Source of the DNA: a virus
Taxonomy: Duplodnaviria > Caudoviricetes
IMG/VR virus record: IMGVR_UViG_3300044852_000063
Span: 13,364-77,363 of that record
Length of the DNA stretch: 64,000 nucleotides
Reading direction: 5' to 3' (one strand)
Position numbers and translations under genes: made by a program. Shown here piece after piece: positions 46,201-54,892 of the stretch (its first letter is position 1; the number at the start of each line of letters is the position of its first letter). The notes under the pieces are model-generated. The model was given only the letters and a program-made list of their open reading frames with translations, was not told the DNA's origin and did not search any database.

Positions 46201-49200
46201 TGCAGGTTTTCTTTGCCGGCCTTGACCGCCTCGACGATGTCGCGCTGTTGCTCAGTGGACAGGGTCTCACCGGACAGCTGCGCGTGTAGCGCGGCCATAC
46301 CGGCCTGCATCACGTCGGTTTCCAGCAGATCGCGCACTTCTTGCAGCGACTTTTTCTTGTTCTGTTTGTCGATCTTCACGCCCAGACCGGCGCCGACCTG
46401 CAACAGGAACTCGTTGGCCTGCACGGACTTGCGCGGGTCAATCACAGAGGTCCAATCGCTCATGCCCACCAGCCAGCGATGAACTTTGCTGGTTTGCGGG
46501 TTCAACACGTTGCCGGTCATACCCACCCGGTGGTGTTTCCAGATCGAGTACTCCATGAACAGGTCCTGATCCAGGCCCTGCTCTTCGGCCTGCATGCGGG
46601 CCAGGTACTCGAAGGCGTTATCACGGTCACGGATCAGTGCATCGTTTTTGGCCTTGAGGCCGGCGCGGTTGTCTTTGTGCACCAGCGCTTCGTCCACCGG
46701 CTTCACGCCGATCATCTCTTCCACCATCTCCGGTGGCAGCCCCAGCAGGAAATTCACCCGCTCACTGATTGGTCGCCAGACCTTCTTGGTCAACTGGTTC
46801 AAGTTGTCGATCAGGTTCTGCGGCGCCGGTTGCTCGGTGTTCTGCGTGGTGTCGTTGACGTAGTCCGGCGCTTCGCGGCGCGGCTCCGAGGTGCGGTTGC
46901 CGGTGGCAAAGATCTTGTCGAGGATGTTCTGCGAGCCAGTGCTGGCCTCGATGATGTCCTTGACGTTCTGGTTGTCCTTGTTCACCGCGACGAAGTAGAT
47001 CTTGGTCTCGTCGAGCTTGGCCGCTTCCAGCTCCTGGTCATCCAGGTTGGCGTTCTCCGGCAGTTTGGCGCCGAGCGTGGTCAGCTGACCCTTGGTGATG
47101 GCCTGGCGCTGGATCAGGTTCCAGTCAAGCATCACGGCGATGGCGAACTGGCCGACACCGGCTTCAATACGCGAACGCTCGTTCTGCGGTGCAGTCTTCA
47201 GGGCCTTGATGCCCAAGGCTTGCAGCACGCTCTGGCCAATGCTGTTGGCCGCCAGCGACTCACGGGTGCCCAAGTGGCCCACAGCTGCATAGATGTGGTC
47301 GCCCAGGCGCTTGTCCTTGTCCCAGTTGAGGATGCGGCTGATGTGCTGCGGGCTGCCGACCAGATCGCGGCCGTGTTCGTTCACCCAGCTGAATACCGCG
47401 GCACTGATCGCCGTCTTGACGTTGGCTTCCAGCTCACCGGTCTCCGGGTCCATGAAGAACTCGATCGGCTTGGCGTAGGAGAACTCCGGGTTGACCTTCT
47501 TCGGCAACAGCCGGTCGACCACGCCGCTCAGTGCGGCATTGGCCTCGGTGAACAGCGCCAGCACCTTGTCTTGCTGGGTGCTCAGCGATTTACCCGGGGC
47601 AAAGTCCGCCAGCTTGTGTGTGGTCTGCGACATGAAGTCCTTGACCGCCACCAGTGGCCGGCTCAGGCCGGATACTTCACGGTCCTTGGACTGGGTGAAG
47701 AACTGGCGCACCAGGTTGACCGACTTGTAGTTGCTGTCGTTGGTGCTGGTCACACGCTCGCCCTGGAACACTTTCAAGGTCCCAGTTTCGCCCTGCTCGG
47801 TAGGGCCGGTGGCTGCTTCAGGCGCATCCTGAATTTCGGCCACCGTCGATTCTTCTACCGTGTCGGCTGCCGCCGGTTCGGTCGCTGCGCTCTGTTCGGT
47901 TTGTTTCTGTTCGGTGGACGCTGTCGCGCCGGTGGACCCGGCCTGCCCACGGGGCAGCCCGTGACTGCGGCGCTCAGCGACACTCGCCTGTACCGGCAGT
48001 GCAGCGGCGGCACTCAGTGCTTTGTAGGTAGCGACAATCGCCTTGGCCTCGGCCTGGATGTTCTGCACCAGCGGTCGGCTGAATTTGCCACCACGGATCT
48101 CCAGACCACCGTTGGCCTTCAGTGCTTCGGCAGCCAGAGGCGAACCAGTATTGATCTCCCAGCCCTTGTCAGTCTTCAGCACCTGCACTGGTTGGCCACT
48201 GTTGCGGGCCTGCTCATAGGCAGCACGGGCTACACGGAACTTGTCCTGGTGCGCCAGGGCGAACTGTTCCAGCTGGCCCAGCAGCTTGGTTGACTTGGCC
48301 GTGTTGCCGGTCGCCAGGGCTTGGCCCACTTGCGTTTGGTACTGCACCAGGCCCATGTTCTCCGGGGTGCCTTGCAGCACTTCGGCGTGCACGTCGGCCT
48401 GGGTTTGCAGGGCGTTACGCGCCACTCGCGCTTCATCGAACTGGCGCAAGTAGCTGCGCTGCTCGGTGCTCAGGCCGTTGGCTTGGTCATTGATCAAACC
48501 AGACAGGTCAGCACTGCTCAGTGACTCGGGGTTGTGCATGGCCAGGGTCAGGACTTTCTGTGCGGCTTCTGGCTCAGTGGCAGCGGCTTGTACCGTGGCT
48601 TCCACGTCGGCAGCCTTCGGCGAAACCAGGACACCCAATTGCTCGGTGACTTGTTTGGCCGTGTCCAGTTGCCCGCTCAGCTTGCTCAGGGTCTGCACGT
48701 CCGCGGCTTTCTGCTCCGGGGTCAGTGCTTCAACGTCGGTGATGCCCTGTTGCAGCGCGGCGGCCAGCGGTTCATTGCCAGCGGCCACGGCGGCTTGGTG
48801 CTCAGCCTTCAGCTGGGCCAGACCTTCCGGAGTGGCGTCCTGTACCGCGGCTTGGCGCGACTGCACCTGGGTTTCCAGGTCAGCGACGATGGTCTGTGCC
48901 TGTTCCAGGTGTTGGACCTGGGCTTCCGGGGTGACGTCCTCTTTCTGGCTGGCAGCGAACAGCACCGCCACGCCTTTGTCCGGGGCATAGTTCTTCGACT
49001 TCGGATCGAGGTACACCGACGGGTCGGCGGCATCCACGGCTTTTTGGAAGTCAGCGACTTCGGTCTGTGCAGCGTCAGCGGCACTGGCTTTCTCACTGAC
49101 ATGCTCCAGCGCAGCGGTGGCACCGCCCATGGGTGCGCCAGTGACCAGGCCCATGGCCGCGGCATTGCCCACACCGTCATCCCATTGTTTGTCCAGGCCG

Positions 49201-50582
49201 ACGTTCTGCGCGACTTGCTCACCGGACGATTGCAGGACTTCTTCGCCACCTTCGATACCGGCCGACAGGGCCGTGCGCGACAGCAGACCACGCTCAGCAT
49301 CTTTCATGGCGCCACGCACCACGGCTTCATCGACGTCGCTGACTTTTAGTGCATGCGCCAGCTTGTTGCCGGCGGCGCCCACCACTGTACCCATGACGCC
49401 AGTACCTGCGGCGAGCAGTTGCTGTTTCAGGGTCAGGCGACCGTCTTCGGTCTGGTTGCGGATGTTCTCCGCTTGCTGGCCGGCCATGACCGTGCCTTCA
49501 CCAATGGCCCCGGCGATACCGGCTTGAATGGTTGGTGCGGCTTTGGTCACCAGTTTGCCCACGGCACCGCCGACCATCATTGATGGCACGGACTCAATGA
49601 TCCCGCCAGAGATGGTGCTCGGGTTGTCCAGCGCCGCGGACAAGGTGTCACTGAAGCCTTCGGCTTTCTGTGTCTTGCTGTCGGCCAGCTGCTGTTCCGG
49701 AGTCATCATCGACGCCAGGCGCTTCTTGGTTTCCTTGAAGCTGTAGCCGTTGTCCTCGAGGATCTTGCCGCTGGCGCCACTGTTAAGGAAGTCGGTGACC
49801 CCCACCAGGGCTTCATCGGCACCAACGAAACCAGAAGCCAGTTTCAAGGCACCGTCGGCGACCCGCTGTTGCAGACCCGAGGTACGTTCACCGGTTTCCG
49901 GGTTGATCGACACCAGCGATTCCAGGTTGCTGGCGTCACCAATGGTCTTGGCCAGCTGCCGCGCTTTCATTGCCGCGGTCAGGCGGTCCACCGTCAAACC
50001 ATCGACACCAACGGCCGGCACCGGTTGGGTGACCTGCTCCATGCTTGGCGTCACTTCATTGACGACGTTGTCGCCTTTGGCGTGGTAACGATCAATGGCA
50101 TCGGCTTTGTTGACCGGCACATCACCGTCAAAGCTGTTGAGCAACAGCGTCTTGTTGGTGGTGGGGTCGGTGTACTGGAAGGGTTCGTCATACCCCAGTG
50201 CCGGAGCTGGCTGTGCGTCAAACGCGGCCCGCTGTTCCGGGGAAACACTGTTCTCGGCGGAATCTGCCAGGGCATTCAAAGGAATGGTGGCTGCCTTGCC
50301 CACCAGCTTGGCCGCCGTGCTGAAGGTTGCCGCCGCGGTGTCTACCACTTTGCCAACCAGGGAATTCGGGTCGAGGTCGAGTTTGCCGACCACCGACTCG
50401 GTATTGATGTTGGCGATTTCGACCTTACGAGCCGCATCCACGCTCATCTGAGCCTGTTTGCGGGCGGCAGCTTCCGCTACTTGGCGTTGCTTGGGTGTCA
50501 GGTATTGCGCAGCGTCGCCAGTGGGCAGGGCCTCGAAGGCACCATCCCGCTTGGCCAGGTACTCGGTCAGGTCGAAAGCCAT
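40212..50582 (-). CDS. virion-encapsidated RNA polymerase (N4 gp50-like)
   Basis: 3456 aa; EVDGVTNG (motif A), RNIVKRPLTAVNYGS (B), IHDA (C); no Cys seen. Confidence 0.97.
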   Translation of the reverse strand: MAFDLTEYLAKRDGAFEALPTGDAAQYLTPKQRQVAEAAARKQAQMSVDAARKVEIANINTESVVGKLDLDPNSLVGKVVDTAAATFSTAAKLVGKAATIPLNALADSAENSVSPEQRAAFDAQPAPALGYDEPFQYTDPTTNKTLLLNSFDGDVPVNKADAIDRYHAKGDNVVNEVTPSMEQVTQPVPAVGVDGLTVDRLTAAMKARQLAKTIGDASNLESLVSINPETGERTSGLQQRVADGALKLASGFVGADEALVGVTDFLNSGASGKILEDNGYSFKETKKRLASMMTPEQQLADSKTQKAEGFSDTLSAALDNPSTISGGIIESVPSMMVGGAVGKLVTKAAPTIQAGIAGAIGEGTVMAGQQAENIRNQTEDGRLTLKQQLLAAGTGVMGTVVGAAGNKLAHALKVSDVDEAVVRGAMKDAERGLLSRTALSAGIEGGEEVLQSSGEQVAQNVGLDKQWDDGVGNAAAMGLVTGAPMGGATAALEHVSEKASAADAAQTEVADFQKAVDAADPSVYLDPKSKNYAPDKGVAVLFAASQKEDVTPEAQVQHLEQAQTIVADLETQVQSRQAAVQDATPEGLAQLKAEHQAAVAAGNEPLAAALQQGITDVEALTPEQKAADVQTLSKLSGQLDTAKQVTEQLGVLVSPKAADVEATVQAAATEPEAAQKVLTLAMHNPESLSSADLSGLINDQANGLSTEQRSYLRQFDEARVARNALQTQADVHAEVLQGTPENMGLVQYQTQVGQALATGNTAKSTKLLGQLEQFALAHQDKFRVARAAYEQARNSGQPVQVLKTDKGWEINTGSPLAAEALKANGGLEIRGGKFSRPLVQNIQAEAKAIVATYKALSAAAALPVQASVAERRSHGLPRGQAGSTGATASTEQKQTEQSAATEPAAADTVEESTVAEIQDAPEAATGPTEQGETGTLKVFQGERVTSTNDSNYKSVNLVRQFFTQSKDREVSGLSRPLVAVKDFMSQTTHKLADFAPGKSLSTQQDKVLALFTEANAALSGVVDRLLPKKVNPEFSYAKPIEFFMDPETGELEANVKTAISAAVFSWVNEHGRDLVGSPQHISRILNWDKDKRLGDHIYAAVGHLGTRESLAANSIGQSVLQALGIKALKTAPQNERSRIEAGVGQFAIAVMLDWNLIQRQAITKGQLTTLGAKLPENANLDDQELEAAKLDETKIYFVAVNKDNQNVKDIIEASTGSQNILDKIFATGNRTSEPRREAPDYVNDTTQNTEQPAPQNLIDNLNQLTKKVWRPISERVNFLLGLPPEMVEEMIGVKPVDEALVHKDNRAGLKAKNDALIRDRDNAFEYLARMQAEEQGLDQDLFMEYSIWKHHRVGMTGNVLNPQTSKVHRWLVGMSDWTSVIDPRKSVQANEFLLQVGAGLGVKIDKQNKKKSLQEVRDLLETDVMQAGMAALHAQLSGETLSTEQQRDIVEAVKAGKENLHSFAVLMEMVQFDMAKASKQKFTSKLMGEVDGVTNGPMLSQILFGTITQDIAEKGGFYAEGASATDYPTWRGQGNRDFYETLADRLTEHLRGMPFIPEHLAHVFAITGDLSVNVDRNIVKRPLTAVNYGSTMAAAIDGMADDFIGNLYGKIEKLAAHPDRALASEQLTELLTHVSAMLREQNESGLNTSMSIEDAMNNVLSGKQEVALKKFFAETVGVAMEQALNDTLSDFIARRDKYNGYGRLAFDLYNLVYQHMRESYIAQNLKGSIASTTHNKKDAPLHDLTAEQEELIRKRLAHMEPLLATSISNRDGTVSTGVKLADSGKSLSDDPAYSGQLSLGEEVPTAPGDKKATVKTMRFRGFKRVAEGPGVSSVVNGVQSTDSGIMSQVYAKRSILNIHDAGGSGINELGDMAVDLNQSTFDNLLAYSPPQAMADTLKRVLLGLADVMQDNADSELTGKLSQLMKKNNIDSLAGKLQEVQSFAHAADQAKLAFLAEQQFISQYGLAGHSYEVTEANKADVAKAQAALVDKIDPATQTKLSKLGRTLMLKEAEAQVAEAEAKRNSWGEVGRSGVASDPGLVQFFTEKPERTAGELFSVLAQGLEDDVQGRYLAKLLKLLARSVNKDLKVTFVTPETPFDGQDMTQLSNALGWFNSERGIFVKSPAFARSGLTTELLMHELVHGVVAQETENPSTPEAKAMVKELEQLLNWVKGYMKGSPALMERFKDATSSVHELIAYGLTNKAFQDQVLRAVKVPHKSVANSFITGMKRFIDSIAGLLFHDSRLSQSAQALNGLTVLIENASGLFAATQAKPETSTGLTLAMNSTDPLTRLASLSTQELFDYLASAPAHFVAHLKNVQLNIADKLHGPFGVIKAAIAAEQALTPNDRFVNAIATGRLPYSSAAQVSGVQMSAQEAFVFEQVEAVTLASIDNTGSTTVAYRELGKLYEEAKAKLTPADIGQAAYDYVFTAKQGMDGKSDYLARFAAMSLAYEPMAQAMQFSTKLDNKSLKGLSFWEAVQALFERILETLHSKLTHTQPGQIADAKLMTLIEQLVGIEAKRRTMLAAPKNGFNDIVEAQTRKLNDAVRRGLTAAADSSFVKQNKLSSVRALGAVSSTLFGDRLDHFVEGVQRLRDQQFKQRPGMVMGLFNEIRGSHAGNLTAHELLRATNNNERIRKHLISDTEQLVLGGFANGGTDLTKAQQSAITQGALRADMQSLLDLYTQDELEQLLSDPAKLKAAIGVQMAALKKTRYFNYYQRAAKDLAYYMATGKVRTPNLVKNVLGIAELYGTRQEGSVSAADSKAAQKVLDPLVSLLALHYTDGPVLSNLAQVFRVENARGNESGMQLTLRMHRELQNQARERLFDGAEGLMIKGYVPEVFNPHITLKAANAVDGLQLQRLGYAKSDKALEQDKADPYAEEMHLYRLEDGGLKAYVTGIFSTTSLNAKGSTVHSGEFDMQGQTLHAQNQRHSALIERKKAAAVNALFSAGEHYEPGRERGNHLAPVFNSQGEAVNYAYLMNHETKDVALERDNSFASLLGKFAGATFDKQASADQNKVAVQALHDQYLAEYAAMPERYLKVGPTSPDASLREAYKLLPKSTQQAIQDVWGSNTMLVRSDLIDMNFGYRKFSLSDMFGKQAKGGTVPGKEVRNALEQVTVDFWSFILADRGANSLPYQTADGRAAAEARAGLKLRQAEDIWQEIISEIKDILVVKSGLTLLGNVLSNFSELYWIGVPLKDIVKHHRVALRGVTAYRKDAKELFKLQQLLATGTLVGTQHDMQQRIIQLEDSIARSPVKELIDAGLLPTIVEDVAQEHDEFSYKSRLVRGAEKYTNGLNKHIKAAGRTLYMAHDTPLYQWLSQGTQVSDFLARYTAYQHMTHRENAPMDHKTAVQFVSDAFVNYDIPTHRSMQYLNDMGIIWFTKYYLRIQKVIMHLWKDNPARALMLLGIDQYFAGAQTLMDSGFMHHLNNPLSIGALKYPGTLDDLATVNAMMSPFKGQ

Positions 50583-50584
50583 GT

Positions 50585-52123
50585 TTATTTGCGCTCCTGT
50601 AATGCCTTGCTGAATTTGTTCACATCGTAAGGAATGTAGTTGCGGGCCTTGGATTCAGTGTCCACTCGGCTGGCTTGTTTGATGCCAGCTTCGTTGATGG
50701 CTTGCAGTTCCTTCTTGTGTGCCTCTAGGGCGCCAATACTATCAGCGTAGGCCTTTGGATTGGACTTAATAAGTGTCTCAACCGAGTCAATAATCCCTTG
50801 ACGTGGGTCGAACCAGTCATCAGCACCCATTGCAATGCCTGCTTTGAGGATTGCAGGGGGTACATCGTAGTGAGTACCGTCTACAGTGATGCCTTCAGTC
50901 ATCAGTTTGGTGGTATCAGTGATGGCTTGCTCACGGTTCCAGCCTTCCCACAGCAATGGGTCGAATCCATTGCCCTTCAACGACTTGGTCATGTCCTCGA
51001 CCGTCATATTAGGGTCCTCTACACCCTGCAAGTAGATGTTCTTCTTGGTTAGATCCGCGAAGTTCTTCTTCTCTTGCTCAGTGGCCGTGGTAACAGCAGA
51101 GGTGATGGCTGATTTCTGGGCATCCAGTTCGGTTTGATCACCGGCCGACAGCGTATTGTTGGTGTTGACCGCTCCTTCAAACGACTTAACCCGGTCAGCA
51201 ATCTCAGTCTCCGGGTATCCACTGGCACGTAGGTCTTTAATCAGACGGTTACGGGCTGCTGTAGGCGACTCAATCATGTCCAGCCCTTGTTCCTGGATGC
51301 CTTGACTGAGTTTGGCCTTCACATCTTCCGGTACATTGGTCAGATCAGGTACGCCATCTACCACTTTAACGCCCAGAGATTCGGCCAAAGCGTTGGTCTT
51401 GGCCGCAGCATCCTGCCGACTGGCAGTGAACTGGCTGATGGTGTCACCCAACAGCACATCACCGGCCTTGGCACGGCTCTGTTTGTCCTTCAGCTCGGCG
51501 CGTTGCTCATTGGTCCAGTTCAGGTTGGCCAGGCCGACCTTTTGATTCAGGCTGAATGCGGCAGCACTGCGACCATCTTGCGCCACGGCCCGTTGCTCAC
51601 CGCTGGCAGCGTATTGACCCGACTTGAGACTGTCCGCCAGGGCACCCTCGTTGAGGAAACCATTGGCATCGAGCAGGCCCTGAGCCCCTTTGAAGTCACC
51701 GGCGTTCTTCAGGCGGTAGAACTCTTCCACCAGCGGACGCTGATCGTGCTCCTGGTTCAAGTCGGAGAACTTCATGTTGTTGGTGGCTTGCACTTGCAGG
51801 TCAGTGGCCCGCTTCTCATCGGCGCCGCGCACGGCATTGGCGTCGATCTTGTAGCCGAACTGCTGACGCAGCGCCGCCAGGTTTTCCTGGGTGGCCGGGT
51901 CTTGCAGCTGTGCCGGGTCCTTGATGCCCTGCACCGCGTCGAGGTAGTCGGCGGTGTTGTTGGATTTCTCCTGTTGCCAGTTGGCCGCATCGGTTTTGTT
52001 GCGTTGCGCCAGCACGTTCTGGATGGCCTGGAAGCCATTGTTCAGACCTTGCTGGGCGCCATTCATCAACACACCCACACCCGCCAGGGTGGGTTGGTTG
52101 AGGGTCCGCCAGGTGATCGCCAT
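50585..52123 (-). CDS. ejection/core protein (N4 gp51-like)
   Basis: ITWR N-terminus, synteny, no Cys seen. Confidence 0.82.
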   Translation of the reverse strand: MAITWRTLNQPTLAGVGVLMNGAQQGLNNGFQAIQNVLAQRNKTDAANWQQEKSNNTADYLDAVQGIKDPAQLQDPATQENLAALRQQFGYKIDANAVRGADEKRATDLQVQATNNMKFSDLNQEHDQRPLVEEFYRLKNAGDFKGAQGLLDANGFLNEGALADSLKSGQYAASGEQRAVAQDGRSAAAFSLNQKVGLANLNWTNEQRAELKDKQSRAKAGDVLLGDTISQFTASRQDAAAKTNALAESLGVKVVDGVPDLTNVPEDVKAKLSQGIQEQGLDMIESPTAARNRLIKDLRASGYPETEIADRVKSFEGAVNTNNTLSAGDQTELDAQKSAITSAVTTATEQEKKNFADLTKKNIYLQGVEDPNMTVEDMTKSLKGNGFDPLLWEGWNREQAITDTTKLMTEGITVDGTHYDVPPAILKAGIAMGADDWFDPRQGIIDSVETLIKSNPKAYADSIGALEAHKKELQAINEAGIKQASRVDTESKARNYIPYDVNKFSKALQERK

Positions 52124-52126
52124 ACG

Positions 52127-52609
52127 TTACACCCCGTTCTTGGCCATGTAGTCGCCAACCGATTGGTAGGCACCGCTGTTGGACGCCACTCGCGCACGCT
52201 GACGGTCTTCCAGCTCGGTGTTCACCGTCTTGCGCTGGTTGTCGTAGTTGAGGGAGAACTGACGTTTGTTTTCGCTCAGCGCTTCCTGGGCCAGCTGGTA
52301 TTGCTTGGCACCCATGAAGGCCCCGGTCAGGGCTTGCGCACCACCGATCGCCAGGCCACCCCAGCCGTCCGAGCGCACGCCCTTGTCGTTGGTCGAGCCC
52401 ATGGCGCCCCAGAGGTTGCCGAAGTTCAGCTCTTGCCCCGCTGGTGCCCCAGCTCCGGGGGCAGCAGCCCCCAATTGTGGGGCAATAGCCGGCAGCAGGT
52501 TGTTAGACACGGGCATACCTTGGCCACCGTCCCAAGAAGGGAGGGCGAATTGCGTATTGGGCTGGTAACCCATTGGCGAGTTGTTTGGCACTTGCCACCA
52601 GTCAGACAT
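52127..52609 (-). CDS. virion protein (N4 gp52-like)
   Basis: NTELEDRQRARVAS motif, synteny. Confidence 0.85.
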   Translation of the reverse strand: MSDWWQVPNNSPMGYQPNTQFALPSWDGGQGMPVSNNLLPAIAPQLGAAAPGAGAPAGQELNFGNLWGAMGSTNDKGVRSDGWGGLAIGGAQALTGAFMGAKQYQLAQEALSENKRQFSLNYDNQRKTVNTELEDRQRARVASNSGAYQSVGDYMAKNGV

Positions 52610-54836
52610 TGTTGAGTTCTCCCATGGTTTGATTCATATCAGGCAGTTTAAGCGACATGTCGACGTATGACGAAACGGCGTCAATGCCCACTGCCCCGAT
52701 GTTACCTGCGTGAATAGTACGCTTAAAGTAAGTGTCAGGCTCTTCACCGAGCGAGAGCAGCGGGATTTCCCCTATGAACTCGAATGGATTGATCAAGTTA
52801 CCTACATCAAGCAGCTTCTTGGCCTCATTCAGCTCCTTGGTCGCTTCATCAACGAACAACTGGAACTCAGAGAGGTCTGCGTTGTACTCAGTGCGCAACT
52901 GGTGCTGGTATTCCTCACTTGAGGCCTTCACCAACCCGGTTGAAGCCTTGAGCATGGTCTGTGCTGTGGTGCTGGCGCCAAATGAACCGGCTTCATAGGC
53001 ACTCATACCGCCATAGATGGCCGCTCCGATGGCCAAGACCATGGCATATTCCGGCCCCAGTTCCTTGGCAATCAGGCTGAAGGCGTAACTAGCCAGGTAA
53101 GTCTGCAACAGCATGGTCACCACGGTGATTGCCAGGGTTGAGACCCCGGCTGCCGCCGCTGTGGCCAGTGCAGAGAGGAATGAACCGGCGCCCCCGGTGG
53201 CAATGGCAATCACCACGGCGATCACCACCATCACCACCTGGAAAGCCTTGGTCTGATACCACTTGGTTTTGGTCACGATGCGGCTGTTGAACACCATGTG
53301 CAGCGAACGCAGGAACAGGTCCTCTCGCTGGTTCATCGGCACCAGGTCCGTGATGGCCCGGTCCAAGGGAATCAGCAGCTCGTCGTTGCCCAAACCCGCG
53401 GTGTAGGTGTACTGGCCATAGATGTGGTAGGTCATGCGCGGTTGCACGATCTGCACTTCTTCGTAGAACACCGAGCTGACCTGGCAGCGGTAGAACTGGT
53501 AACCGGCGGCAATCGGGATCGGGCCACTGGGCTGCGTGGTGCCAATGCCACTGTCGAAGGTGCCGACGGCGCCAATCTTGCCGGCGACCTTGCGTTTCAG
53601 CAGGCCGCTGTAACCGAAGGTCACTTTAAACAGCTTGTCCTGAATCAGGATCGAGCGACCATTCTTGAACGAGTAATCGGTCAGGCCTTTCTCCATGTCG
53701 GCAATCGACTGCGCGGGCACCGTGTCGGCGTAGTACAGGGCATTGAAATACTCGAACAGGTAGCGTTTCTCTACCTGGCTGTCGGCGTTGGCCGGCACCG
53801 CAAACATCAGCATGGCTTGCTCGATGTCGTCGATGTCCGGGTTCTTGTCGACGTTGTCGCACAGGTCCTGGTAATCGAGGTCGAGGAAGTCGCACATCTT
53901 CACCGTGTTCTTGTACGCCGGCGTGCTATGCAGGTATTCAGCGCCCTGGTTTTGCTTGCCAAAGCGGCAGTAGGTCCAGGGGAAATAGCTGCCCAAGGCG
54001 CCATAGTCGATCTTGAAGATCTTGTCCAATTCCGGGTACACCCCGGACTCGTTACGGTAGGTGAAGAAACGGGCACGGCCCATGTCACTCTCACGGCGGT
54101 ACTGCACCTGGTAGTAGTCGCCCTCGTAGTCGTAGCCGGCCATGCTCAGGTACAGCATCTCGGTGTGTTTCACCCCGTCAAGCCAGTAAACATATGTGGC
54201 TTGCACGTAGTCGACACTGCTGGCCGGGTCGTACTGGTAGTCGGTGACTTGCAGGAACTGGTCCAGGCCAAAACGAATCTGCGCCTCACGGTCAGGGGCA
54301 TAGCCGGCAGTGGCCGGACGGCCGAAGCTGTCCAGGGTTCCGGGCTGAGCATCGGCCACGGTCTCGTTGCAGTAGTAACTGATCATGTCTTGCAGGTATA
54401 CCGGCGCACCTTTTTGGGTACTCAAGGTGACCAGCTCGTTGGTGCCGGCGAAGTAGCCGTAATCATCGGCGAGTTTCTGCCAGGCGACGTGCATGTTGTT
54501 GATCGGCGCGAAGTGGTAGTAGTCCATCACCACACTGCCCCCGGCTTGTCGTGCCAGGAAGGTTTTGACGATGTCCTGCCCCTGGATGTCGGTGATCAGG
54601 CTGCCATGCGGCAAACCATAAGGTGAACTGTCCTTGGCGAAGCGGTACATGCGATCGACCTTGGTCGCCGCACTGTTGAGCAGGCCGTCTACCAGGTGCT
54701 CGGACACCGAACCGACTGTGCCCAAGATCCCGCGCAGCACACTGGACTTCATGGTTTGTGGCAGGTGGTCGTCATCGACAATGCGCATCACCGAGGTGTG
54801 CACCGTGGTCTTTTTCTTGCTGCTGAACAGACCCAT
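52602..54836 (-). CDS. virion protein (N4 gp53-like)
   Basis: MGLFSSKKKT start; KWYQT followed by hydrophobic segments; synteny. Confidence 0.85.
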   Translation of the reverse strand: MGLFSSKKKTTVHTSVMRIVDDDHLPQTMKSSVLRGILGTVGSVSEHLVDGLLNSAATKVDRMYRFAKDSSPYGLPHGSLITDIQGQDIVKTFLARQAGGSVVMDYYHFAPINNMHVAWQKLADDYGYFAGTNELVTLSTQKGAPVYLQDMISYYCNETVADAQPGTLDSFGRPATAGYAPDREAQIRFGLDQFLQVTDYQYDPASSVDYVQATYVYWLDGVKHTEMLYLSMAGYDYEGDYYQVQYRRESDMGRARFFTYRNESGVYPELDKIFKIDYGALGSYFPWTYCRFGKQNQGAEYLHSTPAYKNTVKMCDFLDLDYQDLCDNVDKNPDIDDIEQAMLMFAVPANADSQVEKRYLFEYFNALYYADTVPAQSIADMEKGLTDYSFKNGRSILIQDKLFKVTFGYSGLLKRKVAGKIGAVGTFDSGIGTTQPSGPIPIAAGYQFYRCQVSSVFYEEVQIVQPRMTYHIYGQYTYTAGLGNDELLIPLDRAITDLVPMNQREDLFLRSLHMVFNSRIVTKTKWYQTKAFQVVMVVIAVVIAIATGGAGSFLSALATAAAAGVSTLAITVVTMLLQTYLASYAFSLIAKELGPEYAMVLAIGAAIYGGMSAYEAGSFGASTTAQTMLKASTGLVKASSEEYQHQLRTEYNADLSEFQLFVDEATKELNEAKKLLDVGNLINPFEFIGEIPLLSLGEEPDTYFKRTIHAGNIGAVGIDAVSSYVDMSLKLPDMNQTMGELNNV

Positions 54837-54850
54837 TGGGAACCCCCATT

Positions 54851-54875
54851 AAAAAAGGGCGCACGCGGCGCCCTT
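54851..54875 (-). terminator. intrinsic terminator
   Basis: AAGGGCGC/GCGCCCTT stem with a minus-strand T-tract. Confidence 0.72.
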
Positions 54876-54892
54876 GGTTGTCACGTTGGTTG

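Noticed and set aside
40212-50582. Absence of cysteine in a 3456-aa protein as a novelty
   Set aside because: Already known for N4 vRNAP; used only as supporting evidence
40311-50630. Several long + strand ORFs (e.g. 40311-42170, 46341-48293)
   Set aside because: Antisense shadows of vRNAP with no RBS or recognisable domains
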